A stretch of 64,000 bases of DNA from an uncultured virus (IMG/VR IMGVR_UViG_3300042397_001422) (lineage: Duplodnaviria; Heunggongvirae; Uroviricota; Caudoviricetes): IMG/VR virus record IMGVR_UViG_3300042397_001422; one strand, given 5' to 3'. A program made the translations under genes and the position numbers. Under the pieces are notes generated by a model. The model was not told the DNA's origin. It searched no databases and saw nothing but the letters and a program-made list of their open reading frames with translations. Positions 19,203 through 29,778 of the stretch are shown piece after piece. Positions within the stretch are counted from its first letter, which is position 1, and the number at the start of each line of letters is the position of its first letter.

Positions 19203-20123
19203 ATGTTAAAAAACGTATATTGTTTTGGTACTTCATATACTGAAGGGGGTGGATTTGAATTTTCCGAAAAGGATTTAAAATTATCAAGATTATATGACCA
19301 TTTGGGAATTGAGTTAAATCAATTCAATTTCTCCTGGCCAGGTCAACTTCAATCATTATTAGGAAATGATATAAAAATACATAATTTAGCTAAATCTGGC
19401 TATGGTAATGAACGAACTCATAGAGTTTTTTTTGATTTAATAGAACAAAAAGATAATATTTCTAAAGATAGTATTTTTTTATTTGAAATAGCTTCGTTGG
19501 GTAGGAAAGAATATTATTTAAATGATTTAAATGAGTATATAATATGTAATTATAGTATTAAGGATGGTAATGATACAGGTGTCATGCATGGAATTGCAAG
19601 TACTTATTTTTATGATACACCGGAAATAACTAAAACAATAATTGATAATGAAGAATTATTTAATCAAATTATAAAAAAAACCATAAATTTTAATATAGAA
19701 CATAAATTATATGAAAGGAATTTTATATTACTTTTATCATTTTTAGAATTACATAATTTTAAATATTTTATTTTAGGTAATATAAATTTTAATCCAAAAT
19801 ACAATAGATATACTCCAGATTATATTAGTAAAACTATATGGTTTCCATCTAAAACTAATAAAACTAAAAAAGGTGATTTCGTACAATTTTTTAATGAATA
19901 TAATTTAACCCTAACTGAAGAAACTAAAGGTGTAATAAAAGATGGCCATTCTGGATATGTAGGAAACAAACTCACAGCTGAAATTATATATAATCATTTA
20001 ATAGATGTAAATGTTATTGACTCAAATAAAGTAGAACTAACTGATTATACTAAAGATTATATATTTGAACCATCAGGTAAAACTCCAATGGATAACTTTC
20101 TTGAACCTATAAATAAAAACTAA
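19203..20123 (+). CDS. SGNH/GDSL-like hydrolase or acyltransferase paralog
   Basis: FGTSYTEG, NLAKSGYGN, DGH. Confidence 0.6.
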   Translation: MLKNVYCFGTSYTEGGGFEFSEKDLKLSRLYDHLGIELNQFNFSWPGQLQSLLGNDIKIHNLAKSGYGNERTHRVFFDLIEQKDNISKDSIFLFEIASLGRKEYYLNDLNEYIICNYSIKDGNDTGVMHGIASTYFYDTPEITKTIIDNEELFNQIIKKTINFNIEHKLYERNFILLLSFLELHNFKYFILGNINFNPKYNRYTPDYISKTIWFPSKTNKTKKGDFVQFFNEYNLTLTEETKGVIKDGHSGYVGNKLTAEIIYNHLIDVNVIDSNKVELTDYTKDYIFEPSGKTPMDNFLEPINKN

Positions 20124-20127
20124 ATAT

Positions 20128-21156
20128 ATGATAATACCTAATGTAAAAAGTGAATACGGCAAATTAAAAGAAATAATAGTTGGAGTTGCTAAAAATGCAC
20201 AAATACCAACAGTTAAAGATAAATCCTTACATTGTATAGATTACGCACATTTATCAGATGCCGAATTTGAAAAAATTCCAACAGGTAATTATCCACAACA
20301 ATTAATAGATGAAACCGAAGAAGATTTAAATAATCTAGCAGATACTCTTAAAGATATGGGTGTTGTAGTACATAGACCAGTTGATAGAGATTTTTCTGAA
20401 AAGAAAGGTAATGATTTATGGCAAGTAGATGGGTACTATAATTATTGTCCTAGAGATTCGATGTTAGTGATTGAAGATAAAGTATTAGCAACACCTATGA
20501 CATTACGTCAAAGACAATTTGAAGCAGAAACATGTAAACCATTAATACATCCAGACCATTGGATTGATTTACCTAAACCAAAATTAGGGGATGAAATGTA
20601 TAATCGAAATGATTTGAGTAGACCAACGTTAATGGACGGACCAGAACCAATATTCGATGCAGCTAACATAATTAAAAGTGGATATGATATCCTATATTTA
20701 GTTAGTAATACAGGTAACAAAGCCGGTGCAACATTTTTAGGTGATTATTTAAGACAAAACTTTGACCCAAAATATAAAGTTCACACTGCAGAAAATGTTT
20801 ATGCATATATTCACATAGATACTACATTTGTATTTCTAAGAGAAGGATTGGTATTATTAAATCCATCGCGAGTTAATGATAAAAATATGCCTAATTTTTT
20901 AAGAGATTGGGATAAAGTTTGGGCGCCAGAACCATACCCAACTCAAGTATTAGAAGATTGGTGTCCGGCATCACCTTGGCTTGGTATGAATATACTTTCC
21001 ATTGATGAAAAGACTGTGATGGTTGAAGAACATCAAACACTCCTTATGAAAACATTAAAGAAGTATGGAATTGATTCTATACCTATAAAGATGAGACATA
21101 GTAGGACATTTAGTGGAGGACCGCATTGTGTTACACTTGATTTAATTCGTGAGTAA
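20128..21156 (+). CDS. amidinotransferase (glycine/inosamine-phosphate family)
   Basis: SEYGKLKEIIVG, CPRD, FDAA, HIDT, GGPHCVTLD. Confidence 0.9.
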   Translation: MIIPNVKSEYGKLKEIIVGVAKNAQIPTVKDKSLHCIDYAHLSDAEFEKIPTGNYPQQLIDETEEDLNNLADTLKDMGVVVHRPVDRDFSEKKGNDLWQVDGYYNYCPRDSMLVIEDKVLATPMTLRQRQFEAETCKPLIHPDHWIDLPKPKLGDEMYNRNDLSRPTLMDGPEPIFDAANIIKSGYDILYLVSNTGNKAGATFLGDYLRQNFDPKYKVHTAENVYAYIHIDTTFVFLREGLVLLNPSRVNDKNMPNFLRDWDKVWAPEPYPTQVLEDWCPASPWLGMNILSIDEKTVMVEEHQTLLMKTLKKYGIDSIPIKMRHSRTFSGGPHCVTLDLIRE

Positions 21157-22304
21157 TGAAATCCATTTTAGAATATACATCGAGGGCAACTAGATTAATA
21201 GATTTTTTTTATAATTCTTTTATCACAAGAATCAATAATGTGATAAAAGATGAAAAGTTCGATATTATTTTTATTGGTTCTAACGATTTAAATAATTGTG
21301 ATTCTATATTAGAATATGCAAATTTAGATACTACTTATTACATTGATTCTGTAACTGAATCTTCGGGATTTTATGGTGTCTATGAAAACGTATTACAATT
21401 TAAAAAAAAATACAAAATAGCATCTGATAAAATCGTAATGATTTGTGATGTTATAAGTGATAATGATTTTGATAAGTTAACGGAGTTTAAGATATTCAAT
21501 TCAAAATACTTTCCATTCTACGCGTATCTAACATTTACTCATGATTCCTTTTCAGTATTCAATGGGCATCAATTACAAGTATTAGAAAATCTATCATTTA
21601 CTATTGATAGAAAAAAATTATTTACTTCAAGAAATGGTAGACATAATGAATTTCGTGCATATACCTTGTACAAACTATTCAAAGATAATTTAATAAATGA
21701 TGGTTTAGTTTCTGCATTTTTTTATGGTAGTAATAATACGATTCATAACGAACATAAAGATATTACATACTTTCACCAATATATCGATAAACCTTATTGG
21801 GATACTAATGTAGCATCAAAGTTACCAATTAAAATAGATAATTTCTTTTTAGGTTGGGATGAAAACCAAAACGCTAACATATCAGGTGATTTACATCATA
21901 ATGACATTTTTAAAGATGCGTATGTAGATTTAGTAACTGAAAATATACATTATAGTCCAACCATATTTGAATATAATACTCTTACTGAAAAATCATTAAA
22001 ACCATTTTTATTTTATCAACTACCACTATTCGTTACATATCCATATAATTTAAAATGTTTAAGAGATATGGGATTTGATTTGTTTGATGATATACTTGAT
22101 AACTCGTATGATTTAGAATTAGACCCTAAAGTTAGAATCGATAAAATAATTACCAATTTGATTAATTTAAAATCAGTTGATTTAAATGATTATTTTAAAA
22201 ATAATAAAATTAGATTTATAAACAATAGGAATTTAATATTAAAGTTAGCTTTTTCAAATGGTCTTAATGACACATTCAAATTAATTAATTTTCTTAATAT
22301 TTAA
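21156..22304 (+). CDS. glycosyltransferase-like protein (TEK-motif family)
   Basis: LVTEN..LTEKSLKP..LRDMGFDLFDD..SYD. Confidence 0.55.
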   Translation: MKSILEYTSRATRLIDFFYNSFITRINNVIKDEKFDIIFIGSNDLNNCDSILEYANLDTTYYIDSVTESSGFYGVYENVLQFKKKYKIASDKIVMICDVISDNDFDKLTEFKIFNSKYFPFYAYLTFTHDSFSVFNGHQLQVLENLSFTIDRKKLFTSRNGRHNEFRAYTLYKLFKDNLINDGLVSAFFYGSNNTIHNEHKDITYFHQYIDKPYWDTNVASKLPIKIDNFFLGWDENQNANISGDLHHNDIFKDAYVDLVTENIHYSPTIFEYNTLTEKSLKPFLFYQLPLFVTYPYNLKCLRDMGFDLFDDILDNSYDLELDPKVRIDKIITNLINLKSVDLNDYFKNNKIRFINNRNLILKLAFSNGLNDTFKLINFLNI

Positions 22305-22336
22305 ATATAGTATACTTATATAAAATGTAGATTACT

Positions 22337-22906
22337 ATGGAAAATATGAATAATGAGGAAAAAGTATTTCCTAACTTTGACCCAACTAAGAATCTTTCTT
22401 TGGCTGGTAATAGTAGGAGGATGAAAAGAGGATTAGGTGCTAAACCTATAATGGAATCCGAAATCAAAGATGCACAATCAAAGGCTCGTTCCGCAATGGA
22501 AGCCGCAAGAGTGTTAGGTATATCATACAACACCTATAAAAAATACGCAAGACAATATGGTATTTTTGAAAATTTAAAGAATCCGGATGGTAAAGGAATT
22601 CGTAAAGGATTTAATATCAAAAGAGGTAAATTTTCATTAGATGATATTGTTGCAGGCAAATACCCAGATTATCCAATTTGGAAATTAAAACAAAGATTAC
22701 TACTAAATGGTTATATGTTAGAAAAGTGTAATAGTTGTGGGTTTGAGGAAAAAAGAATTACTGATGGTAAAGTTCCGTTAGTGTTAGATTTTGCTGATGG
22801 TAATAGATGTAATCACAAATATGATAATTTAAGAATGTTATGTTTTAATTGTTCATTTCTATTAAACGGAAATTTAACAGGCCCCAAAAAAGAATACGAA
22901 TATTAA
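22337..22906 (+). CDS. HTH plus HNH-like zinc-binding protein
   Basis: SAMEAARVLGISYNTY; CNSC..LDFADGN..NLRMLCFNC. Confidence 0.7.
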   Translation: MENMNNEEKVFPNFDPTKNLSLAGNSRRMKRGLGAKPIMESEIKDAQSKARSAMEAARVLGISYNTYKKYARQYGIFENLKNPDGKGIRKGFNIKRGKFSLDDIVAGKYPDYPIWKLKQRLLLNGYMLEKCNSCGFEEKRITDGKVPLVLDFADGNRCNHKYDNLRMLCFNCSFLLNGNLTGPKKEYEY

Positions 22907-23214
22907 TGAGTTTTATCATTGGAAAAAGCTGTGATGGATGCATAGATACTAGCTGTGTTACTGTATGCCCGGTAGATTGTATTAACGGCCCAATTATAAT
23001 AGATGGGTTGGGTAGAGAAGTATTTGGGATGAGTGATGCGGAAAAGGTTGGTAAACAAATGTATATAAACCCAATCGAATGTATCAAATGTGGAGCATGT
23101 ATACCTGAATGTCCTGTTGATGCAATATATAGAGATGAAGATGAGGCCATTGTATTTAAAGATACTGAGTCTATTCACAAAAATTATGAATTTTACGGAT
23201 TAAAATATGAATAA
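22906..23214 (+). CDS. dicluster ferredoxin (FdxA-like)
   Basis: CDGC..CVTVCPVDCI..CIKCGACIPECPV. Confidence 0.9.
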   Translation: MSFIIGKSCDGCIDTSCVTVCPVDCINGPIIIDGLGREVFGMSDAEKVGKQMYINPIECIKCGACIPECPVDAIYRDEDEAIVFKDTESIHKNYEFYGLKYE

Positions 23215-24091
23215 ATATTTAGTTGCAGGTGGATGTTCTTATACAGGTGGAGGTGGGTTTAATAATCCACAAATATTTAATTTAGAGTTTCCTAATATAG
23301 ATGTAACTCAATTTGAAATATATCATACTGAAATAGATTGGTTATGTCCTAAATTTAGAGAATTTATCAAACCATATCTTTGGCCATCGTTATTGAGTGA
23401 TATGTTAAATTATAAAGAATCTTATAATTTAGCAGGAGGTGGTAAGGGTATCTATACCTCAATAAATTCCATATACCATTTCATATACAAATGGCAATCA
23501 GATAGTAAAGACGTAACCGAATTAGAAATATGGTTTCAAATTCCAAATCATAATAGAGTAGAAACTTATATAAACAACATAGATAAACATCGATGTGTTC
23601 TTACCGAATTTGATGATTCTAGTGATATTAAGAAAACTTTTATTAATAATTTTTTTGATGAAGATTTTAATTTATTAATTTCATTACATGAAGTATACAA
23701 ATTAAAAAAGTATTGTGATTCATTAGGAATTGTTTTATATATTATTCCGTGGAGTAATGATAGTATGTTTAAAAATGGTTTGGATTATATTAAATTAAGA
23801 CAACGTATTGATAAATATTCTAATGATACAAACAAACAACATTTTTATAAATTACACACAAATATATATGATGTAACTTATTACGATATTGATTTAATAT
23901 TGGATGAATTAAATATAATATCAGTTGAAAATAACGATGCGTTATCCAATTATTTGGAAAGAAACTTTGATTCCTATTATTTTGAAAGCAAATATCCAAA
24001 TATTAGCAGTGATAGACATATGACAAGTGAAGGGCATATTGAATACGCTAAATTATTAAAAAAAATAGTTAAAATAAATTTGGAAAATTGA
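23207..24091 (+). CDS. SGNH/GDSL-like paralog
   Basis: GGCSYTGG, NLAGGG, DRH..GH. Confidence 0.6.
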   Translation: MNKYLVAGGCSYTGGGGFNNPQIFNLEFPNIDVTQFEIYHTEIDWLCPKFREFIKPYLWPSLLSDMLNYKESYNLAGGGKGIYTSINSIYHFIYKWQSDSKDVTELEIWFQIPNHNRVETYINNIDKHRCVLTEFDDSSDIKKTFINNFFDEDFNLLISLHEVYKLKKYCDSLGIVLYIIPWSNDSMFKNGLDYIKLRQRIDKYSNDTNKQHFYKLHTNIYDVTYYDIDLILDELNIISVENNDALSNYLERNFDSYYFESKYPNISSDRHMTSEGHIEYAKLLKKIVKINLEN

Positions 24092-24110
24092 GAAAGATTT
24101 CGTATCTTTG
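24079..24110 (+). promoter_or_regulatory. Bacteroidota-type promoter (consensus match)
   Basis: TTTG-N20-TATCTTTG. Confidence 0.8.
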
Positions 24111-24143
24111 GACTTATAATTAATAATTTAAACAAAAAAACGT

Positions 24144-24356
24144 ATGAACAAGTATTTTGAAGTTGCAGTTGAAGTGGTGGTTGCCACACTTAAAAATGGT
24201 AAAGAAAAGAAAAATAAAGAAATTTATTTAGTAGATGCACAATCAGTAACCGAAGCGGAAGCAAGAGTTGTTAAGGATTTTGAAAAAGCAGGTGTTCAAA
24301 TTGATTACAAAGTAAGTGGTGCTAAAGAAAGTAGAGTACTAAGAGTAATTGAATAG
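24144..24356 (+). CDS. DUF4494-like protein
   Basis: YLVDAQSVTEAEAR. Confidence 0.6.
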   Translation: MNKYFEVAVEVVVATLKNGKEKKNKEIYLVDAQSVTEAEARVVKDFEKAGVQIDYKVSGAKESRVLRVIE

Positions 24357-24357
24357 T

Positions 24358-24624
24358 ATGGGAAAACAATTAGAAATCATACAAGAAGAGGTTAAAACAA
24401 AAATTGCTAAGAGAGTTCCACCTGGAGATAGGTGGCAACCTCTTGACAACCCTCAAGTCACACTACAATCCCTAACTGAAGTATTGGAGTATGTTTACCA
24501 AAAGACCGGTAACACGCAGTTCTATATGGATGCTAGAGAGGGATTCACTTACATTATAGATACCGAAGAGAGAGTTATACAACCAGAACCAGAGAAAAAA
24601 TGGTCATTATATGGTGAAGAATAA
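24358..24624 (+). CDS. hypothetical protein
   Basis: ORF packed in gene run. Confidence 0.6.
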   Translation: MGKQLEIIQEEVKTKIAKRVPPGDRWQPLDNPQVTLQSLTEVLEYVYQKTGNTQFYMDAREGFTYIIDTEERVIQPEPEKKWSLYGEE

Positions 24625-24674
24625 CTTTTAAAATTTTATATTTATATTTATTAACAAACCAAAAACCAAAAATT

Positions 24675-24935
24675 ATGGGATTATTCGCATTCATTAAGAA
24701 TCTTTTCTCTAAAGCAGAACAGATTGAAAATTCAGTTGAAAAATTTGTAAACGAAGTGGAAGTAATTGCACCGGAAGCAAAGAAAGTAACTGATAAAGTT
24801 AAAACTGGAATTGCTAAAGCAAAAAAAGTAACTAAACAAGGACAAGAAATTGCTACTCAAAACGAAACTGCAATTAATGTAGTAGAGACAGTTGCTAAAT
24901 CAGTAAAGGCTAAAAAAACTGCTACTAAGAAATAA
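24675..24935 (+). CDS. hypothetical Lys/Ala-rich protein
   Basis: ORF with amphipathic N-terminus. Confidence 0.6.
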   Translation: MGLFAFIKNLFSKAEQIENSVEKFVNEVEVIAPEAKKVTDKVKTGIAKAKKVTKQGQEIATQNETAINVVETVAKSVKAKKTATKK

Positions 24936-24944
24936 GGAGAACTT

Positions 24945-25826
24945 ATGAGTATTAAGAAATTAATTGCAGAAGCAATTATAGTTGATAATATGTTTGATAT
25001 GGAATCTGAAATGATATCCATAAAGGAATCTATCATTGAACATTTAATACTTGAAGGTGTAGATGACCCCGGCATCCTAAAATGTGTATTTATGGCAGGT
25101 GGACCAGGAAGTGGTAAATCTTTCATTGCAAATGAGATTTTTGGGGTATCACATAAAACAATGTCAGCAGTATCTGCTGGTGGGTTAAAATTAATTAACT
25201 CTGATAGTCTATTTGAAAAAGGATTAAAGGATAACGGAATCAATTCAAAAGATTTAGGTACGATTGAAAAAGAAAATCCGGAACTTTGGGATATGATTGC
25301 AGGAGAAGATAATAAAAATTCAATTAGAAACCATGCAAAAGACTTAACCAATAAACAAAGAGCTTTTTATGAAGCAGGTAGGTTGGGTATGATTATCGAT
25401 GGTACTGGTGATGAGGTTACTAAAATAAAGAAAAAGAAAGAACATGCAGAAAGTTTAGGATACGATTGTTATATGGTATTCGTAAATACTTCGCTGGAGG
25501 TTGCGTTAAAGAGAAATGCAGAAAGGGATAGGACATTATCCGATGATTTAGTAAATAAAATCTGGAAGGATTGTCAAAATAACTTAGGTGCATTTCAAGG
25601 TATGTTTGGTGGAAATTTTATAATTGTTGACAACACTAGTTATAGTAAAAACATTTATAATTTTAAGGATAAAAAAGCCGGAAAGGTTGTAACATCTGAT
25701 AAACCCATCGCACGAAATATTCAAACATCTATTGACCAATTTCTACGCAAACCTATTTACAACCCAATAGGAAAACAGTGGGTATTAAATGCTAGGGCAT
25801 TGAAATCCGCAGGGTTTATCAAATAA
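24945..25826 (+). CDS. P-loop kinase (zeta toxin/AAA_33-like)
   Basis: GGPGSGKS, INSD, IIDGTG, RNAER. Confidence 0.75.
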   Translation: MSIKKLIAEAIIVDNMFDMESEMISIKESIIEHLILEGVDDPGILKCVFMAGGPGSGKSFIANEIFGVSHKTMSAVSAGGLKLINSDSLFEKGLKDNGINSKDLGTIEKENPELWDMIAGEDNKNSIRNHAKDLTNKQRAFYEAGRLGMIIDGTGDEVTKIKKKKEHAESLGYDCYMVFVNTSLEVALKRNAERDRTLSDDLVNKIWKDCQNNLGAFQGMFGGNFIIVDNTSYSKNIYNFKDKKAGKVVTSDKPIARNIQTSIDQFLRKPIYNPIGKQWVLNARALKSAGFIK

Positions 25827-25951
25827 TGGCAAAAGGAAAATCCTTAACTACATCAAAAGTAACATTCGGAAAAAGAAAATCCGGTAAGGCATCTAAAACT
25901 ACTAATAGACACGATAGAAAAGAAAAGAATTATCGTGGTCAAGGTAGATAA
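25826..25951 (+). CDS. 41-aa basic protein (not in ORF track)
   Basis: MAKGKS...KNYRGQGR; TAATG overlap with upstream stop. Confidence 0.6.
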   Translation: MAKGKSLTTSKVTFGKRKSGKASKTTNRHDRKEKNYRGQGR

Positions 25952-25962
25952 ATTTAATTAAA

Positions 25963-27168
25963 TTGGTTACACACATCATAACTGAAAATAGAACAGATTT
26001 TTTATTTGTATATCGTTTATTAAAACCATATGTGAATAAAATATATGTAGATAGTTTACAGCATTCAGAACCATATAGATTTTTAGCTGAAGTTGATTCT
26101 CATAAATTTGATGTATATATTACAAATGAAATAAATCATTTTGTTGAAACTAATCCATTAAAATTACCTTCTTTTCAAAATTCAATAATTATCACCTACA
26201 TTGATGGTAGCATTGATGGGTATGATAAATTCAATCGATTAAAGACTCAGGGCTTTGGTAAAATCATTTCATTAGAAAATGATGGTGAAATATATCACCA
26301 TTCCAAACTCAAAGTAAAATGCTTAGAGATGGGATTATTATTATTGAGTTCAAATTTAGATTCAATTACACATTCTGATGAATTTATTAAAAAAGAATTT
26401 GGGTTTAATATTGATGTTGAGACTCGTTCTCATAAAAATTTCATACAAAATGCTTATTCTGGATTTCTTAGATACCAATCATTAATTCACTTAGAGGAAC
26501 GATGGTATTCTAAAAAAGAAAACATAGCACATAATTTCGATATAGCTTTATATCATAGAGATGGATACAAAGGTTGGAGAGATGAAATTTCTAAATACTT
26601 ACTTTCTAATTCAGAACATCTTAACGTAAAAAAAATAAGTGATTTAAGACACCTAAATGTGCTTGAATACGATGTGAACTCAGAGGATACATTACAATCA
26701 GTAGATAGGATTTTTTTAAATCTTAATAAAGTAAACTTACATAATACATATTTCAACGATATGTATGATGCTAAAATGCATATTACATTTGAAACTTGTT
26801 TAGAAGAGCCGGAAGTATTCATAACTGAAAAAACTTTTAAAGAATATTACTACGGATTTCCATTTTATAATTGTTGTTCGTACACAATGACAAAAGAGTT
26901 GGAACGTTTGGGGTTCTTTTCATATGATATGTTGCAACAAAGTAATTTACATAACTTCGTACAAAATCATAGTTTAATTTATAGTTTACAACAAGATTGT
27001 ATTACTAGATTTAAACAATTTGTAGATACATATGTTACTACATCTAAAGTAAATGAACTATGGGATACTCATAGAGATAAATTTCAAAACAATATTTCAA
27101 ATCTATATCACTTAATAAGTGAGAAGAACGAACATAGAACTGATTTAATAAATAAACTATTTTTATGA
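25963..27168 (+). CDS. glycosyltransferase-like protein (TEK-motif family)
   Basis: ITFET..FITEKTFK..LERLGF. Confidence 0.55.
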   Translation: MVTHIITENRTDFLFVYRLLKPYVNKIYVDSLQHSEPYRFLAEVDSHKFDVYITNEINHFVETNPLKLPSFQNSIIITYIDGSIDGYDKFNRLKTQGFGKIISLENDGEIYHHSKLKVKCLEMGLLLLSSNLDSITHSDEFIKKEFGFNIDVETRSHKNFIQNAYSGFLRYQSLIHLEERWYSKKENIAHNFDIALYHRDGYKGWRDEISKYLLSNSEHLNVKKISDLRHLNVLEYDVNSEDTLQSVDRIFLNLNKVNLHNTYFNDMYDAKMHITFETCLEEPEVFITEKTFKEYYYGFPFYNCCSYTMTKELERLGFFSYDMLQQSNLHNFVQNHSLIYSLQQDCITRFKQFVDTYVTTSKVNELWDTHRDKFQNNISNLYHLISEKNEHRTDLINKLFL

Positions 27169-28028
27169 AAGGTATAATATTCGCAGGATGTTCGTTCACA
27201 TGGGGTGAAGCATTAGAATTATATTCCGAATACCCAACGATTCGGTACGATTATTATAAACAAGAGCATAAGGGATATTACTTTCCAGAAGCAGTTATGT
27301 ATCAGAAACCTGGTCATATCAAGTTTATAGAATCAAATCGGTTTGCTAGAAAAGTAGCACAACACTTTAATACATTTGATTTAGTATATCCAAAGAATGG
27401 TGGAAGTTTGACTACTATGCGTAAGTTTATATCATCATCATTATTAGAGTATGAGGGTGATATTGAATATATAGTATTACAATTTACTGAAATTTTAAGA
27501 GATGTCTATATTCACGATAAATGTACAAATGATTGTTGCAGTATTTCGGTAAGAGAAATTCTAAATGACAGAATTAGTTACGAATGTAATGAACTTAGTT
27601 TGGATGAATATAAAAAGTATAAATCATATGAATTATACAATCGTTATTTTAATGGTAAGACTCCAATAGATATCGACAATGAATACTCAATTACCGAATT
27701 AATAAAGACATTAAAATTCCTATTAGATATTCAGAAAACTGGTATAAAAATAAAATTATTAGGAACTTGGACAAATGATATTCAAAAATATGAGAACTTA
27801 AAAAATATAGATTTAGAATTATATAATTTTTACAAAGAAAATCTGGTATCTATTGAGTCGGATGGTAAAGAATATGAAACTATTTTTTCAGTATACAATT
27901 CTAAATCGGAATATAGAATAGCAACTGATTTACCCTGGTCTAATAATGACCATCCAAGCTTAAAATTTCATAATTTAATTTCAAATTCTATAATTAAAAA
28001 TATAGAAAATGATATATATATAAAATAA
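27165..28028 (+). CDS. SGNH/GDSL-like paralog
   Basis: AGCSFTWG, NGGS, DHPS. Confidence 0.6.
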   Translation: MKGIIFAGCSFTWGEALELYSEYPTIRYDYYKQEHKGYYFPEAVMYQKPGHIKFIESNRFARKVAQHFNTFDLVYPKNGGSLTTMRKFISSSLLEYEGDIEYIVLQFTEILRDVYIHDKCTNDCCSISVREILNDRISYECNELSLDEYKKYKSYELYNRYFNGKTPIDIDNEYSITELIKTLKFLLDIQKTGIKIKLLGTWTNDIQKYENLKNIDLELYNFYKENLVSIESDGKEYETIFSVYNSKSEYRIATDLPWSNNDHPSLKFHNLISNSIIKNIENDIYIK

Positions 28029-28041
28029 ATTAAAAAGATAT

Positions 28042-28203
28042 ATGGATGATTTAACAACGCTTATTGGAAAATATTGTAATATTTTAGAAGATGCAATAGA
28101 TGAGCAAGATTGGAGACAGGTAAAACTTGTCTTAAAGGAGATGGATGCCCTATATGAAGATTTGGAAAGAAAATCTAATGGGTTTACTTCGGATGAATAT
28201 TAA
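28042..28203 (+). CDS. hypothetical protein (53 aa)
   Basis: Short ORF read manually, fills intergenic gap. Confidence 0.5.
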   Translation: MDDLTTLIGKYCNILEDAIDEQDWRQVKLVLKEMDALYEDLERKSNGFTSDEY

Positions 28204-28217
28204 AAAATAAATAAGTT

Positions 28218-28397
28218 ATGACCTATATTACTGCACATCTACCGGAGTTAAAAAAATTAAAATCGGAATTAGAAGAAAATCCTAATGCGATTAAACGGTA
28301 TTTAAAGTATGAAGGGTTTTCTAGTACACATAGTGGTTCTATTGATTATCTTGATATGAAGATAGAAGAATATTACAAATCAAAACAAAATGATTAA
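28218..28397 (+). CDS. hypothetical protein (59 aa)
   Basis: Short ORF overlapping the MTase start. Confidence 0.5.
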   Translation: MTYITAHLPELKKLKSELEENPNAIKRYLKYEGFSSTHSGSIDYLDMKIEEYYKSKQND

Positions 28398-29718
28398 ACC
28401 TTTCTCTATTTTAGACACTCGTACAAAAGAGTGGCAAGATAGAAAGAGATGGTGGATTAATACCTATAAAATTCAATCCGAATTAGGTAGAGAACAAACT
28501 ATTTCCAAAACAAATTTTTGGGATACTGAAGAACCTTCCGTATCAATATTTGATGCTACATTATGTGAATTGATGTATGATTGGTTTTGTCCCAAAGGTG
28601 GAACTATATTAGACCCATTTGCAGGAGGTAGTGTTAGAGGAATAGTTGCATCAGAAATGGGATACCATTACACAGGTATTGATATATCAGAAACTCAAAT
28701 CCTTGCAAATCAAAAACAATCTGAAAAACCAAATTGGATAGTAGGTGATAGTGCAACGATATTGGAAACACTTGATGATGAAACCTATGATTTTGTATTT
28801 ACATGTCCACCTTACTACGATTTAGAAATATATTCTGATAATGAAAACGATTTATCAAATATGGATGATGAGGATTTTGATGATGCATATGCACACATTT
28901 TAACTGAGTCCTATTCTAAACTAAAAGATAATAGATTCTTTTGTATAGTTCTATCAGAAACCCGTGAGGTATCTAAGACAGGGAATTATAAAATTGGTAA
29001 GTATCGAAACTTAGTTGCTAAAACAATAATGGGATGTGAGGAAATTGGTTTTAGTTTTTATAACGATATGGTGTTATTTAACTCACAACATCAGGCATCT
29101 AAAATATCCAAAACATATTTTGATAGAAATCGAAAAATAGCATCGGTTCATCAAAACGTATTAGTATTTGTAAAGGGTAATCCTGATTTAGCAACTGAAG
29201 ATATTAATTGGGATGGTTCGTATAAATGTATTGTAGATGGGATTAGATATAAATCATTCAGAGAAGCAGCAATATCAATAGACCCAAATGAATTAGTTGC
29301 AACGGAGATAGAACGTAGATGCAAATCTACTAAATCAAAATACAAAGATTGGCAAATAGTAGGAGCAGAAACCAAACCCACAATTCGATATGAGGTGGAT
29401 GGTATTCCATTTGAAACTCCTAAACAAATAGCAGAACTAATTGGTGGAGATTTTAGTGAACAACGAGCTCGTAATTTTATAGATTCCGGTAACTTAAAAT
29501 ACCGTCATTGGAAAAAAACTGATGAATGGGATATTACATATGATGAAATGGAAAAACTATGGAACGGCACAATTCGTATAGAAGTGCCGATAATTAGTTG
29601 TGAAGGTATGGAGTTTTATTCCTTATTAGAAGCAGCAAATCACTTTAAATGTTCAGATGAAAGAATACGTCAGAAATTAAAATCTGATAAATATTTGGAT
29701 TTCCTTTATATTGATTAG
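28390..29718 (+). CDS. DNA amino-methyltransferase with C-terminal NUMOD1-like repeats
   Basis: DPFAGG (SAM binding), TCPPY (catalytic); three similar C-terminal modules. Confidence 0.8.
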   Translation: MIKPFSILDTRTKEWQDRKRWWINTYKIQSELGREQTISKTNFWDTEEPSVSIFDATLCELMYDWFCPKGGTILDPFAGGSVRGIVASEMGYHYTGIDISETQILANQKQSEKPNWIVGDSATILETLDDETYDFVFTCPPYYDLEIYSDNENDLSNMDDEDFDDAYAHILTESYSKLKDNRFFCIVLSETREVSKTGNYKIGKYRNLVAKTIMGCEEIGFSFYNDMVLFNSQHQASKISKTYFDRNRKIASVHQNVLVFVKGNPDLATEDINWDGSYKCIVDGIRYKSFREAAISIDPNELVATEIERRCKSTKSKYKDWQIVGAETKPTIRYEVDGIPFETPKQIAELIGGDFSEQRARNFIDSGNLKYRHWKKTDEWDITYDEMEKLWNGTIRIEVPIISCEGMEFYSLLEAANHFKCSDERIRQKLKSDKYLDFLYID

Positions 29719-29778
29719 GATGATACTTATATAAAAGGTTACGCATTATTCACGAAACTAACTTATAAATGAACGACG

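Noticed and set aside
24945..25826. Zeta toxin-antitoxin system
   Set aside because: P-loop kinase fold only; no identifiable epsilon antitoxin
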